A stretch of DNA of 64,000 nt. Origin: an uncultured delta proteobacterium. Lineage in GTDB: Bacteria > Desulfobacterota > Binatia > HRBIN30 > BPIQ01. The notes under the pieces are model-generated. The model saw nothing but the letters and a program-made list of their open reading frames with translations, did no database searches and was not told where the DNA came from. A program made the translations under genes and the position numbers. Positions 10,925 to 20,089 of the stretch are shown piece by piece (the first letter of the stretch is position 1; every line of letters starts with the position of its first letter). The stretch is from the NCBI GenBank assembly GCA_963761335.1, contig CAVXGR010000008.1, positions 1 to 64,000 on the forward strand, written 5' to 3'.

Positions 10925-11011
10925 TGAGGAGAGGAACTTGTAGTTCTTTGGCTCCCCCGACCAGGTGCCGCCGCTGGCCGGGTTCTCCTGTCGAGCCGCG
11001 ACGTCCAGATC

Positions 11012-12433
11012 TCACGACCGCCGCAGCACCGACTGCGCGGCGTTGAAGCCGCACATGCCGTGAACCGCGCCGCCGGGGGGAGTGGAGGCGGAGCAGAGGA
11101 AGAGGCCTCTGACCGGCGTGGCGTAGGGATCGAGTGCCGGCACGGGGCGGAAGAAGAACTGCCGCAGGTCCTGCACGCCGCCGTTGATGTCGCCGCCGAC
11201 CAGGTTGGGGTTGTGCGCCTCGAGCTCCTTGGTGTTGAACGTGTGGCGGGCGAGGATGATCTCGCGGAAGCCGGGAGCGAAGCGCTCCACCTGGCGCTCG
11301 ATCGCCGCTGTCCGGTCTTCCGTCGAGCCGTGGGGAACGTGGCAGTATGCCCAGGCGGTGTGCCTCCCCTCCGGGGCGCGTGTCGAATCGAAGAGCGACG
11401 GCTGCGCCAGAATGATGTAGGGGCGCTCGTCCGGCCGGCCGTACCAGGCGGCGCGCGCCGAGGCGGCGGTCTCGGCGCTGCTGGCGCCGAGGTGGATCGT
11501 TCCGGCGCGCCGACACTCGGGGGCCGCCCAGGGAATCGGCTCGCGCAGTGCCCAGTCGATCTTGAAGACACCGGGCGCATAGCGATAGGCGGAGAGCTGT
11601 TTGCGGTAGCGCTCCGGCAAGCGGTCTCCGCCGATCGCCAGGACCTGCCTCGGCGTCAGGTCGAGGAGCATGGCGCGCGCCTCGTCGAGCAGTGTCAGAT
11701 CCCGAATCGGCTCGCCGGTGCGGATCTTGCCGCCGCGGGCGCGCAGCACTCCTGCCAGGGCGTCGGCAATCGCCTGTGAGCCGCCGCGGGGGATCGGCCA
11801 GCCGGCGCCGTGACCCGCCACCGCGAGCATGATGCCGAAGGCCGCGGAAGGAGAGCGCTCCATGGGCAACAGAACGTGGCTGGCGATGCCGAGGAAGAAG
11901 GCCCGCGCCCGGTCGGAGCGAAAGCAGAGGCGAGCCAGGGTGGCCGCCGGCGGCAGGCCGAGAAGTCCGAGCCGGGCCATCAGCAGCGGATGCCGGATGA
12001 GGTGAAAGGGCGGAGATAGCGCCTCGCCGATCACCTGCTCCCAGTGGCGCGCGAACGGCTCGATCAGCCGCCGGTATGCAGCCGCGTCCTTACCGCCGAG
12101 GCTGTCGGCGGTGGCGGCGGTCGAGCGCTCGAGGACAGCGGCCGTACCGTCGTCGAAGGGGTGCGCCATGAGAATCGGCGGATGAATCCATTCGAGCCCG
12201 TGCTCGGCGAGCGGCAGCGTGCGAAAGAACGGAGATGCAGCCGCCATCGGGTGAACCGCCGAGCACACGTCGTGGCGAAATCCCGGGAGCGTCAGCGCCT
12301 CGGTCCGCGTGCCGCCGCCGATGTGATCCGCCGCTTCGTACAGCTCGACGCGGTGCCCGGCCCCCGCCAGGGCCACGGCCGCGGACAGGCCGTTGGGACC
12401 GGCACCGGCAATGATCGTGCTTTGCTCCGTCAC
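11012..12433 (-). CDS. Phytoene dehydrogenase-like NAD(P)/FAD oxidoreductase
   Basis: GAGPNGLSAA, GGGTRTEALTLPGFRHDVCSAVHP, SASTPPGGAVHGMCG. Confidence 0.9.
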   Translation of the reverse strand: MTEQSTIIAGAGPNGLSAAVALAGAGHRVELYEAADHIGGGTRTEALTLPGFRHDVCSAVHPMAAASPFFRTLPLAEHGLEWIHPPILMAHPFDDGTAAVLERSTAATADSLGGKDAAAYRRLIEPFARHWEQVIGEALSPPFHLIRHPLLMARLGLLGLPPAATLARLCFRSDRARAFFLGIASHVLLPMERSPSAAFGIMLAVAGHGAGWPIPRGGSQAIADALAGVLRARGGKIRTGEPIRDLTLLDEARAMLLDLTPRQVLAIGGDRLPERYRKQLSAYRYAPGVFKIDWALREPIPWAAPECRRAGTIHLGASSAETAASARAAWYGRPDERPYIILAQPSLFDSTRAPEGRHTAWAYCHVPHGSTEDRTAAIERQVERFAPGFREIILARHTFNTKELEAHNPNLVGGDINGGVQDLRQFFFRPVPALDPYATPVRGLFLCSASTPPGGAVHGMCGFNAAQSVLRRS

Positions 12434-12628
12434 TCAGCGCTCCGCGTCCTTCTTTCTCCCTTCTGAGATATCCGCCCGCCTACCGCAAACACAATGCTGC
12501 TGGCGTGCGTCTGCCGGCAGGTGAGGCTCCCCGTGAGCTCCCCTGCGAACGGGGAGCAGTGTCTAAGTTGCCCGATGCCGGATATTGACAAGCACGATTG
12601 TGGTCAATCTGGCCGCTGTGGGCGTGGG

Positions 12629-12672
12629 CCCCCTCTCCCGCATTGCCCGCGGGAGAGGGCGGGGGCGAGGGT
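12629..12672. repeat. CCCTCTCCC...GGGAGAGGG palindromic repeat
   Basis: Related copies at about 31299-31343 and 31396-31437. Confidence 0.65.
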
Positions 12673-13041
12673 ACCGATCTCTTTGAAGGCCGCGACGATC
12701 CGCGAGCCTTCAGTGAGAAGAATCTCGGAAAGGCGTTGAAGAAGCTCCATACGGAGGGCGTGATCGAGGGGCGACTCTATGAGTGGGCCGAGGCGCTGCG
12801 GGGCGATGGAAATCTTGCGGCGCACGACCCGAAAGCCCGCATCAGTCGCGAGGACGCAACGGACCTTGTTGACTTCGCGGAGGCCCTGCTGGACGCGGTG
12901 TTGGTGTTGCACGAACGCTTTGAGGGGTACAAGAAACGATGGGCGGAGTGCGGAAAGGAGGAAAAGAAAATGACAAAGGGGGAGGCGAGTGGCCTCGCCC
13001 AAAGTCCAAAACCCTCGAGAGGTCGTCGCAATAGTGGCTGA
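12672..13041 (+). pseudogene. 5'-truncated DUF4145-like remnant
   Basis: NLGKALKKLHTEGVIEGRLYEWAEALRGDGNLAAHD resembles the DUF4145 core; the ORF's apparent N-terminus is translated repeat sequence. Confidence 0.55.
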
Positions 13042-13079
13042 TTCCCCATCCACGCGTGGCGCCAGAAAATTACGACCGC

Positions 13080-13664
13080 TCAGCGATTGAGCAGCATCAG
13101 AAGTACAAACAACCCGGCAGCGATGATGGCGAGGGCACGCCAGGTGGTACTCTCAGTGCGCAGCTCAGGTAGGTTGCTGGACTCGCTCTGTACGCGATCA
13201 AGCTGGGCTTCGACCTCGACACCCTCCTCGGTGTCTTCTGCGTGCGGCTCTTCTCTCCACTGGTCACCGATGACATCGGTCCACATCGAGTCGAGCAGGT
13301 CTTTTGCCTCCCGCTCGTACTCGGCGTCCACGTAGATTGATACCGGCAGGGTGACGGCGAGTGGCTCGCCGTGGTCGTGGTCGTCGTCGGGAAGGCAGAG
13401 GCGGCGGATGTCGTCGCACTCGAGCAGGCAGGGGATACCCGCGAGGTTGAGCACCTTCGCCACGACGTCCGCCTGTGCGCCGGGGAGGCGGGCGAGCAGG
13501 CGATTGTAGTGATATTCGTCTTCGCCGGTGACAGTGACTTGGTGCGCCTTGGCAGGCTGCTCGGAAAGCGGACCGGCCGCGAGCGGCCCGCCACAGTCGG
13601 TGCAGGCGGAGATGCCGGCGACAAACTCGGTGTGGCAGGACTCGCAGTGCTGGAAGTCGCTCAT
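13080..13664 (-). CDS. Hypothetical protein with N-terminal zinc ribbon, DUF2007-like segment and C-terminal TM helix
   Basis: CESC...CTDC; ADVVAKVLNLAGIPC; C-terminus WRALAIIAAGLFVLLMLL. Confidence 0.7.
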   Translation of the reverse strand: MSDFQHCESCHTEFVAGISACTDCGGPLAAGPLSEQPAKAHQVTVTGEDEYHYNRLLARLPGAQADVVAKVLNLAGIPCLLECDDIRRLCLPDDDHDHGEPLAVTLPVSIYVDAEYEREAKDLLDSMWTDVIGDQWREEPHAEDTEEGVEVEAQLDRVQSESSNLPELRTESTTWRALAIIAAGLFVLLMLLNR

Positions 13665-13744
13665 CGCCCGTCCTTTGATCTCCTCAAAGCTCGACGGTCT
13701 CGTCCTTCTTTCTCCCTTCTGAGGTATCCTCCTGCGTGCTGCAA

Positions 13745-14010
13745 CCCGCTGACCAAGGAGAGGAACGCAAAGGCGCGAAGGCGCAAAGAGGTTCGGATCT
13801 CGGAATGTGACACCGACAATTGTCGCGAGGCGCGATCCGATGCCGCAGCGCTTCAGGTTGGCAGTGACGGCTTTGCGCCTTGGCGCCTTGGCGTTGATTG
13901 TCTCGGGCGCAGGAAGCTCAGCCCGTGGGCTCCGTGTGGGCGCCGGCTGAGCAAAGAGAGAGGAACGCAAAGGCGCGAAGGCGCAAAGAGGTTCGGATCT
14001 CGGAAGGTGC
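13745..14010. repeat. AACGCAAAGGCGCGAAGGCGCAAAG-family repeat cluster (L-R-L arrangement)
   Basis: L units at 13764 and 13964; inverted core CTTTGCGCCTTGGCGCCTTGGCGTT at 13871; R half recurs at about 18015-18123 and L half at about 19045-19110. Confidence 0.85.
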
Positions 14011-14019
14011 GAACGCGAG

Positions 14020-15960
14020 CTACCCGAAGATCAGCCCGAGAATCTCGTTGAGATCCGCCTCGTCGACGCGCCCATCCTCGTTGGCGTCTTCGCCGCACCC
14101 CAGGGAGACCCCCGAGTCAATGACGCCGATGACGGCGACCACGTCGGCGGCGCTGACGACGCCGTCGCAGTTGGCGTCACCGGGCGCGCCGGGGGCCGGG
14201 GAGCCCGTCGGCGAGACGATCGCCGTCTCGGTCGGTGTTCCGGCCGTTGCCGGTGGCGGTGTCTGGCTCGGAGTCGCGGAGGGCGTCGCGGTCTGCGGCG
14301 TGCTCGCCTCGGTCGGCAACGTGGATGCGGTCGCCGAAGGCGAGGCCGTATACGTGGTCGGCGTCGGGCTTCCACTGGCGGCCGCCGTGGCCGTGAGCGT
14401 CGAGGTCGCGGTCGCCGTGGGCGATCCCGCAACGGTGCGCGTTGCCGTTGCGGTCGGTGCGGCGCTCGGTGTGCTGGTCGCTGTCGGCGTTCCGGTGGCG
14501 CTGGGAGTGTGGCTCGGTGTCCGAGTCTCGGTCTCCGTCGGCGTCGCAGTCCAGGCCGGGGTTGCGGTCCTAGTCGGTGTCGCTGTCAGCAGTGGGATCG
14601 GCATCTGAGCGATGGACGCGGTCTCGAGCAGTCGCGGCGTACCATCGTTCAAGACGAGGAACCCGCGCACGTCGGCGGGGCTGCCGTCGAACACGAAACG
14701 GCAGTAGGCGCCGAGGACGGACTGGGTACTGGTCAACAGACGCCGAGTATGACCGGCATCAATGGTCGCCTGCTGGCTGTCCATGAGGCTCCCCGTGTTG
14801 TCGAGCAGCGCCGCCGCGATGGCGACCGGCGCGGCGCTGAGGTTCAGCGCCCAGCACTCGAGGTCACTGCCCTCGACGTTGCGGACGGCCGCTGTGAAGC
14901 TGGTGGCGTTGATCCCGGAGGGGCCGCCGGTCGCGGTGGCGGGCTGGAGCAAGCGCGTGCCTCCACCGGCGGGTTCGGTGAAGACCAGGAAAGTCTGTAC
15001 ACGGTGCTGTTTGACGCCGAAGGTAAACCGGCACGACACCGGCGCCGTCGATTCCTCCGTTGAGTTGACGACGTATTCGACGTTCCCCGGGGGCAGCATG
15101 GCCGCCGCGGCGTCGATCAGGACGCCGTCGGCGTCGAGCAGCTCGGCGTCGACGAGAACGGTTGCGTCGCCCAGATTCTGCGCCGCGCAGCGCACCGCGC
15201 CACCGGTCGTCGCGACGGCGGGTGTATACAGGGGGGAAGTGGCCGCCTCGTGGCTCTCCGACGCCGGGGCGAGGAACCGGGTGTTGCCGCCCATCGCCCC
15301 CGAGATCCTGACGTAGCCGCGCACCTCGACCGGGTTCCCGTCGAACGTGAACTTGCAGTACGTCGACATGGCGGGATCGGTGGCGCTGACGAGGGTGGTC
15401 ACCTGCCCCGCGGCGACGTGGAGCGTCGTCTCGGCCACCAGCGCATCGATGCTGTTGCGAAGTTGCGCCGTCACCTGCACGGGCGCGTCGGACAGGTTCT
15501 GCACGACGCAGGCGACGAGATCGTCGGGTCCGCTCAGCACCGGTGGCGAGTAGGTGACGACGTCGGGTCGCGGCGCGCCGCGGACCTCGGCTGCCGGGTA
15601 GAGCAGCCGGGTGTTGCTGCCGGCCGCGTCGGTGAGGCGAATGAAGCCGCGCACCGCGGCGTCATCGCCGTCGAACTCGAACTCGCAGTAGCCGCCGGAA
15701 ACGGGGGCACTGCTGTTGGTCAGCGAGAAAGCCCGCCCCGGCAGCACGTCGAACGAGAAGGTGTCCAGCGCCGCGCCGGACTCATCGCGAAGCACGGTGG
15801 CGACCTCGACGCCGAAGCTGCCGTGGTTCTGCACGAAGCAGGCGAGCGAGTCGCCCTCGCTGTTGCGCACGGGTGCTGAGAAGGTCGTCGTCGCTTGCGC
15901 CGGTCTCTCGGCCAACAGAAGCAGAACGACCGCGGCGCGAAGCCAAGCGCGCGGTCTCAT
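14020..15960 (-). CDS. Secreted protein with four ~105-aa beta repeats, long P/T linker and C-terminal dockerin-like domain
   Basis: Signal peptide MRPRAWLRAAVVLLLLAERPAQA; repeats C-x2-QN...YC-x-F-x-FDG...VRGF; GDANCDGVVSAADV...EDANEDGRVDEADL. Confidence 0.8.
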   Translation of the reverse strand: MRPRAWLRAAVVLLLLAERPAQATTTFSAPVRNSEGDSLACFVQNHGSFGVEVATVLRDESGAALDTFSFDVLPGRAFSLTNSSAPVSGGYCEFEFDGDDAAVRGFIRLTDAAGSNTRLLYPAAEVRGAPRPDVVTYSPPVLSGPDDLVACVVQNLSDAPVQVTAQLRNSIDALVAETTLHVAAGQVTTLVSATDPAMSTYCKFTFDGNPVEVRGYVRISGAMGGNTRFLAPASESHEAATSPLYTPAVATTGGAVRCAAQNLGDATVLVDAELLDADGVLIDAAAAMLPPGNVEYVVNSTEESTAPVSCRFTFGVKQHRVQTFLVFTEPAGGGTRLLQPATATGGPSGINATSFTAAVRNVEGSDLECWALNLSAAPVAIAAALLDNTGSLMDSQQATIDAGHTRRLLTSTQSVLGAYCRFVFDGSPADVRGFLVLNDGTPRLLETASIAQMPIPLLTATPTRTATPAWTATPTETETRTPSHTPSATGTPTATSTPSAAPTATATRTVAGSPTATATSTLTATAAASGSPTPTTYTASPSATASTLPTEASTPQTATPSATPSQTPPPATAGTPTETAIVSPTGSPAPGAPGDANCDGVVSAADVVAVIGVIDSGVSLGCGEDANEDGRVDEADLNEILGLIFG

Positions 15961-16385
15961 GTGAGCGCGCGCTCGCCGCTCAGCGGCCTCCGTACCGGGG
16001 GTCGTCCCAGCATACATCGCCTTGCGCAGCACCGCGGTCCTCTAGCGCGCGCGCTCGCTCGGGGTCAAATCGGAGCGCGCCGAAGCGCGCACCGTGATGT
16101 CGGCTTCGGACGCACAACTGCAAACGATCGCCATCGAGGTCCGCGATCGCCGGGCTCGTCAGGGCCGAATTATTCGGCGCGAGCGCTCGCTTCGGAAAGC
16201 CGGGAACGACGCCGACGGAGTCCATGAAGTCGGGCCAAGAAATCGGGCGAAAGCTGGGTCTCCGAGCCGGACGAGCCGAGAAAGTCGGCGCTCGTCCCTG
16301 CTCCGCGGCTTGGCCGGAGCTGCCCGCGGCGATATGTTCTGGAAACGGGTGCACCGACGTTCTTCAGCCCGCAAACGAAGGAGCG

Positions 16386-17156
16386 ATGATGGGAGCAGTG
16401 GCGATCAGCGGGGCGGCATCGGGCATCGGACGGGCGGCGCGCCAACGGCTCGAGCAGGCAGGACACCAGGTGCTGGGGATCGACCTGCACGGGGTCGAGA
16501 TCGCGGCCGACCTGTCGACGCCGCACGGCCGGCGCACCGCGGTGGCCGAGGTGCGGGAACGCACCGGCGGCAAGCTCGACGGGCTGGTGGCCTGCGCCGG
16601 TCTCGGCCCGCAGTGCGCCGATCGCCCGCAGGTCGTTGCCGTCAACTACTTCGGCGCCGTCGCGCTGCTCGAAGGACTGTGCGACTGTCTCGCCGCCGCC
16701 GCGCCGTCGGCCGCCGTGGCCATCTCCTCCAACTCGTCGACGATCCCCAACATGGAGACGCCACTGGTCACCGCCTGCCTGGAGGGCGACGAGGCAAGAG
16801 CGCGGAGGCTCGCCGCCGATCTCGGCGGAACGCAGGTCTACGCCGGCTCGAAGCTGGCGCTCGCCCGCTGGGTGCGTCGCCACGCAACAAAGCCCGAGTG
16901 GGCCGGGGCCGGCGTTCGCCTGAACGCCGTCGCCCCGGGAGCGACTCTGACCCCGCTGCTCCAGGAAGGGCTCGACGACCCGCTCTACGGCGATGCAATC
17001 CGCAACTTCCCGGTGCCGCTCGGCGCCTTCGGCCGCCCGGAGCAGATTGCCGATGCGATCGCGTTTCTGCTCGGCCCCGAGTCGTCCTTCTGCTGCGGCA
17101 GCGTGCTCTTCGTCGACGGCGGCTCCGACGCGCTCATCCGGCCGGATACCTATTGA
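16386..17156 (+). CDS. SDR oxidoreductase (3-alpha-hydroxysteroid dehydrogenase-like)
   Basis: ISGAASGIG, YAGSK (YxxxK), RLNAVAPGATLTPLL, VDGGSDA. Confidence 0.9.
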   Translation: MMGAVAISGAASGIGRAARQRLEQAGHQVLGIDLHGVEIAADLSTPHGRRTAVAEVRERTGGKLDGLVACAGLGPQCADRPQVVAVNYFGAVALLEGLCDCLAAAAPSAAVAISSNSSTIPNMETPLVTACLEGDEARARRLAADLGGTQVYAGSKLALARWVRRHATKPEWAGAGVRLNAVAPGATLTPLLQEGLDDPLYGDAIRNFPVPLGAFGRPEQIADAIAFLLGPESSFCCGSVLFVDGGSDALIRPDTY

Positions 17157-17262
17157 ATCGGTGATCAGCTGTCAGTGGTCGGTTTCAGTTACTGGATTGC
17201 GGCGGATGCGAGGTTGACCGTCCCGCGGATCAGCGGCAGGCTGCGACCCCTGCGAGGCGACC

Positions 17263-18012
17263 ATGGCGAGTCCGGTCAAGATCATCGGCAGCTATCTCTC
17301 TCCCTACGTCCGCAAGGTGCTCGTGGTGCTCCATCTCAAGGGCATCGCCTACGAGATCGATCCGATCATTCCCTTCATGGGTGACCAGCGCTTCTCGCAG
17401 CTCAGCCCTGTCCGGCGCATCCCGGTGCTGATCGATGATCAGGTGACGCTCGCCGACTCCACGGTGATCTGCGAATACCTGGAGGAGCGTCATCCGGCGC
17501 GGGCACTCTACCCGCGGGACATCGTGCGCCGCGCGCGAGCCCGCTGGCTGGAAGAGTTTGCCGACACCCGCATGGGCGACGTGTTCATCTGGCAGCTGTT
17601 CAATCAGGTCGCCATCAACCCGTTCGTATGGGGCCAGAAGACGGACGAGACGGCGTTGCACAGGACGCTGACGGAGGAGATCCCGCGGGTGCTCGACTAC
17701 CTGGAGGCGGAGCTGCCGGCGCAGGGCTTCCTCTTCGGCGACGTCTCGGTCGCCGACATCGGTATCGCTGTCTTCTTCCGCAACGCGAGCTTCGCCCGCT
17801 ATCAGGTCGCCGCCGGCCGCTGGCCGCGGACGGCGGCGTTCGTGCAACGGGTGCTGGCGCTCGAGTGCTTCGAGCGGCTCAAACCGTTCGAGGATCGCCT
17901 GCTGCGCACGCCGATCCCGCGGCACCGCGAGGTGCTCGCCGAGATGGGGGCGCCCCTCATGGCGGAGAGCTACGGGACGAGCACCCCGCACCGCGGCGTC
18001 ATGCGGATTTGA
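17263..18012 (+). CDS. Glutathione S-transferase family protein
   Basis: SPYVRKV, SPVRRIPVL, LADSTVICEYLEE, SVADI. Confidence 0.9.
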   Translation: MASPVKIIGSYLSPYVRKVLVVLHLKGIAYEIDPIIPFMGDQRFSQLSPVRRIPVLIDDQVTLADSTVICEYLEERHPARALYPRDIVRRARARWLEEFADTRMGDVFIWQLFNQVAINPFVWGQKTDETALHRTLTEEIPRVLDYLEAELPAQGFLFGDVSVADIGIAVFFRNASFARYQVAAGRWPRTAAFVQRVLALECFERLKPFEDRLLRTPIPRHREVLAEMGAPLMAESYGTSTPHRGVMRI

Positions 18013-18014
18013 CG

Positions 18015-18123
18015 GCGATTGTCGCGAGGCGCGATTCGATGCCGCAACGCTTCAGGTCAGCAGTGACGGCTTTGCGCCTTGGCGCCTTGGCGTTGATTGT
18101 CTGGCGCGCCGGAAGCTCAGGCC
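18015..18123. repeat. R half of the 13.8-kb repeat element
   Basis: Near-identical to about 13816-13924. Confidence 0.8.
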
Positions 18124-18154
18124 ATCGCTCCCAGCGCGCCAGCCAACGTGGCTC

Positions 18155-18976
18155 TCAGGGCCGGGCGATCAGCGCGGCGCCGCAGGAGCCGAGCGAGGCA
18201 CTGGCAAAGGAGTCGTTCTGCGGCAGCAGCATGCGGAAGTCGCGCATGTACTGCAGCTCGACGCGCACCGGCCCGGTGACGGCGTCGAGCACGTGACCAC
18301 CGGCCATCCGGTCGTCGCTGAGAAAGTGGAAATGGTACCCGGCCGCATTCACCTGGGCCAGGTAGGCGGGCGTGCGGAAGCCGACCATGGTGCCGCGGGC
18401 GTCGGTGAGGTCGAAGACCGACTGCTCGGCGACCGCCTCGGAGAGCGGCGGGTACGGCGTCGACTGGCGAGGGACGCTGCGTGTCTGCATCCAGGGGAAC
18501 GTCCCCGTCACCTTGAAGGCCACCGGGATGTTGAACGTCGACAGCTGCGCGTCGAGAGCCTGCTGCAGCTCGGCGTAGTCCAACGGACCGTCGAGGTTCA
18601 GCACCTGATCCGCCACGAAGGTGGTGACCGCGGCGAAAGGCGTGGTCTCCTCATCGCCGACGTGCTCCGGTATGCCGCCGGTCGGCACGCGAAAGACCTC
18701 GCCGTCGAGGATCACCATCTCGCCGTCGAGCGCGTCAAACGTGCCGAGCCCGAGGTCGCCGTGCTGGCGCAGCTCGCCGATTGTCAGCTCGCCCTCGTAG
18801 ACGCCGACGCTCAGCGCCCCCAGCGTCGAGGTCTGGAAGAGCGTGTGCTGTGAGGCGCTGGCGCCGGCGTCGTTGGAGCCGCACCCCGACGCGCACAGCA
18901 GCAGCGCCAGCAACAGCGCGCCCACCGTTGCGGAGCAGGTCGCGGCTCGCCGTGCCGGATGTCGCCTCATCTCCAT
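18155..18976 (-). CDS. budA: Alpha-acetolactate decarboxylase with predicted lipoprotein signal
   Basis: HGDLGLGTFDALDGEM, TPFAAVT, TRSVPRQ, GYHFHFLS, GGHVLD; N-terminal LLLALLLCASG-C; start may be 18970. Confidence 0.9.
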   Translation of the reverse strand: MEMRRHPARRAATCSATVGALLLALLLCASGCGSNDAGASASQHTLFQTSTLGALSVGVYEGELTIGELRQHGDLGLGTFDALDGEMVILDGEVFRVPTGGIPEHVGDEETTPFAAVTTFVADQVLNLDGPLDYAELQQALDAQLSTFNIPVAFKVTGTFPWMQTRSVPRQSTPYPPLSEAVAEQSVFDLTDARGTMVGFRTPAYLAQVNAAGYHFHFLSDDRMAGGHVLDAVTGPVRVELQYMRDFRMLLPQNDSFASASLGSCGAALIARP

Positions 18977-19044
18977 TCCCCTGATGCCTCTGTGCAGATC
19001 ATGTCTGATCATATCTCCTCTCGTATGCCCGCGGGCTTGTGGAC

Positions 19045-19110
19045 GCGGCTGACCAGCAAGATGAACGCAAAGGCGCGAAGGCGCAAAGAGGTTCGGCTCT
19101 CGGAACGTGA
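19045..19110. repeat. L half of the 13.8-kb repeat element
   Basis: AACGCAAAGGCGCGAAGGCGCAAAGAGGTTCGGCTCTCGGAA at 19064. Confidence 0.8.
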
Positions 19111-19150
19111 CGCGGGGAAACCGGGGCGGGCCTCTCCGCTCGTCGGGGGG

Positions 19151-19714
19151 TTACGGTGACGCCCGCCACTCCTGGCGGCGCAGGCGATAGAGAACATGGC
19201 GGCGCAGCGGGTGACCTTCGGGAAGAGATGGATGCTCGAAGTCGTCGGCGGGGTCGCGGTGCATGCCGAGGCGCTCCATCACCCTGCGGGATCGCGAATT
19301 GGCAACCACGGTGAAGGACACCACCTCGTCGAGGTGCAGGCGCGCGAAGGCGAAGCCGAGCGCCGCTCGCGCTCCCTCGGTGGCGTAGCCGCGGCCCCAG
19401 TGCTCGGCGGCGAGCCTCCAGCCGATCTCTATGCAGGGGGTGAAGTGGGCTTCGAAACCGGGTACCGCGAGGCCGACGAAGCCGGCGAAATCCGCGATCC
19501 CCGGAACCTCCACCGCCCACAAGCCGAAGCCGCGCGCCGTGAGGTTCTGCGAGATCCGCGTCGCCAGGGCGTCGCTCTCCGAGCGGGAGAGCGCCTCCGG
19601 GAAGTGTTCCATCACCCGCGCGTCGGCGTTGAGGCGCGCGAACGGCTCGAGATCGGCGGCGCGCCAGGCGCGCAGCCGCAGCCGATCGGTGCGCAGCTCG
19701 GGGATGTCCTGCAT
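19151..19714 (-). CDS. RimJ/RimL-type GNAT acetyltransferase
   Basis: LRTDRLRLRAW, EIGWRLAAEHWGRGYATEGA, NSRSRRVMERLGM. Confidence 0.92.
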   Translation of the reverse strand: MQDIPELRTDRLRLRAWRAADLEPFARLNADARVMEHFPEALSRSESDALATRISQNLTARGFGLWAVEVPGIADFAGFVGLAVPGFEAHFTPCIEIGWRLAAEHWGRGYATEGARAALGFAFARLHLDEVVSFTVVANSRSRRVMERLGMHRDPADDFEHPSLPEGHPLRRHVLYRLRRQEWRASP

Positions 19715-19875
19715 GGCGGCGGGAGGATATCACGGGTGGGCCCATCCCCGATGCGGACGACCGGGTATCTGGGAGCGCGTCCATCTTGGCAGCGCTCCGT
19801 GCGCGCCGAGAGGGCTCTCGTCTCTCTCTTTGCCCTTGCCTTCGCAGGTGACTCTGGGGTATTGCTGCGGAGAAT

Positions 19876-19971
19876 ATGATCTCCGCAAACGGCGCCATGG
19901 CTCTCCCCCGCAGCGAGCGGTCCCTGCTCGTAGTGGTGGTGGTGTGCGTGCTCGAGGCCGTCGCGCCATAG
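19876..19971 (+). CDS. ilvB operon leader (attenuator) peptide, 31 aa
   Basis: MISANGAMALPRSERSLLVVVVVCVLEAVAP*; Leu/Val run upstream of a terminator and ilvB; alternative ATG at 19897. Confidence 0.8.
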   Translation: MISANGAMALPRSERSLLVVVVVCVLEAVAP

Positions 19972-19992
19972 CGGGGATGAAGTAGAGAGATC

Positions 19993-20035
19993 CGAAACCC
20001 CTGCCGGCGCGAGCCGGCGGGGGTTTCGTCGTTTT
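19993..20035 (+). terminator. Attenuator terminator hairpin
   Basis: CGAAACCCCTGCCGGC-GCGA-GCCGGCGGGGGTTTCG followed by TCGTTTT. Confidence 0.85.
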
Positions 20036-20089
20036 GGAACCCTCTTCCGGCCCCCGGCGGCAGCGAGACGAAGAGAGGAGAGGGAATCC

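Noticed and set aside
12584..12608. ATTGAC-N13-GTCAAT inverted motif as an operator
   Set aside because: Single instance upstream of a gene remnant, with no assignable regulator.
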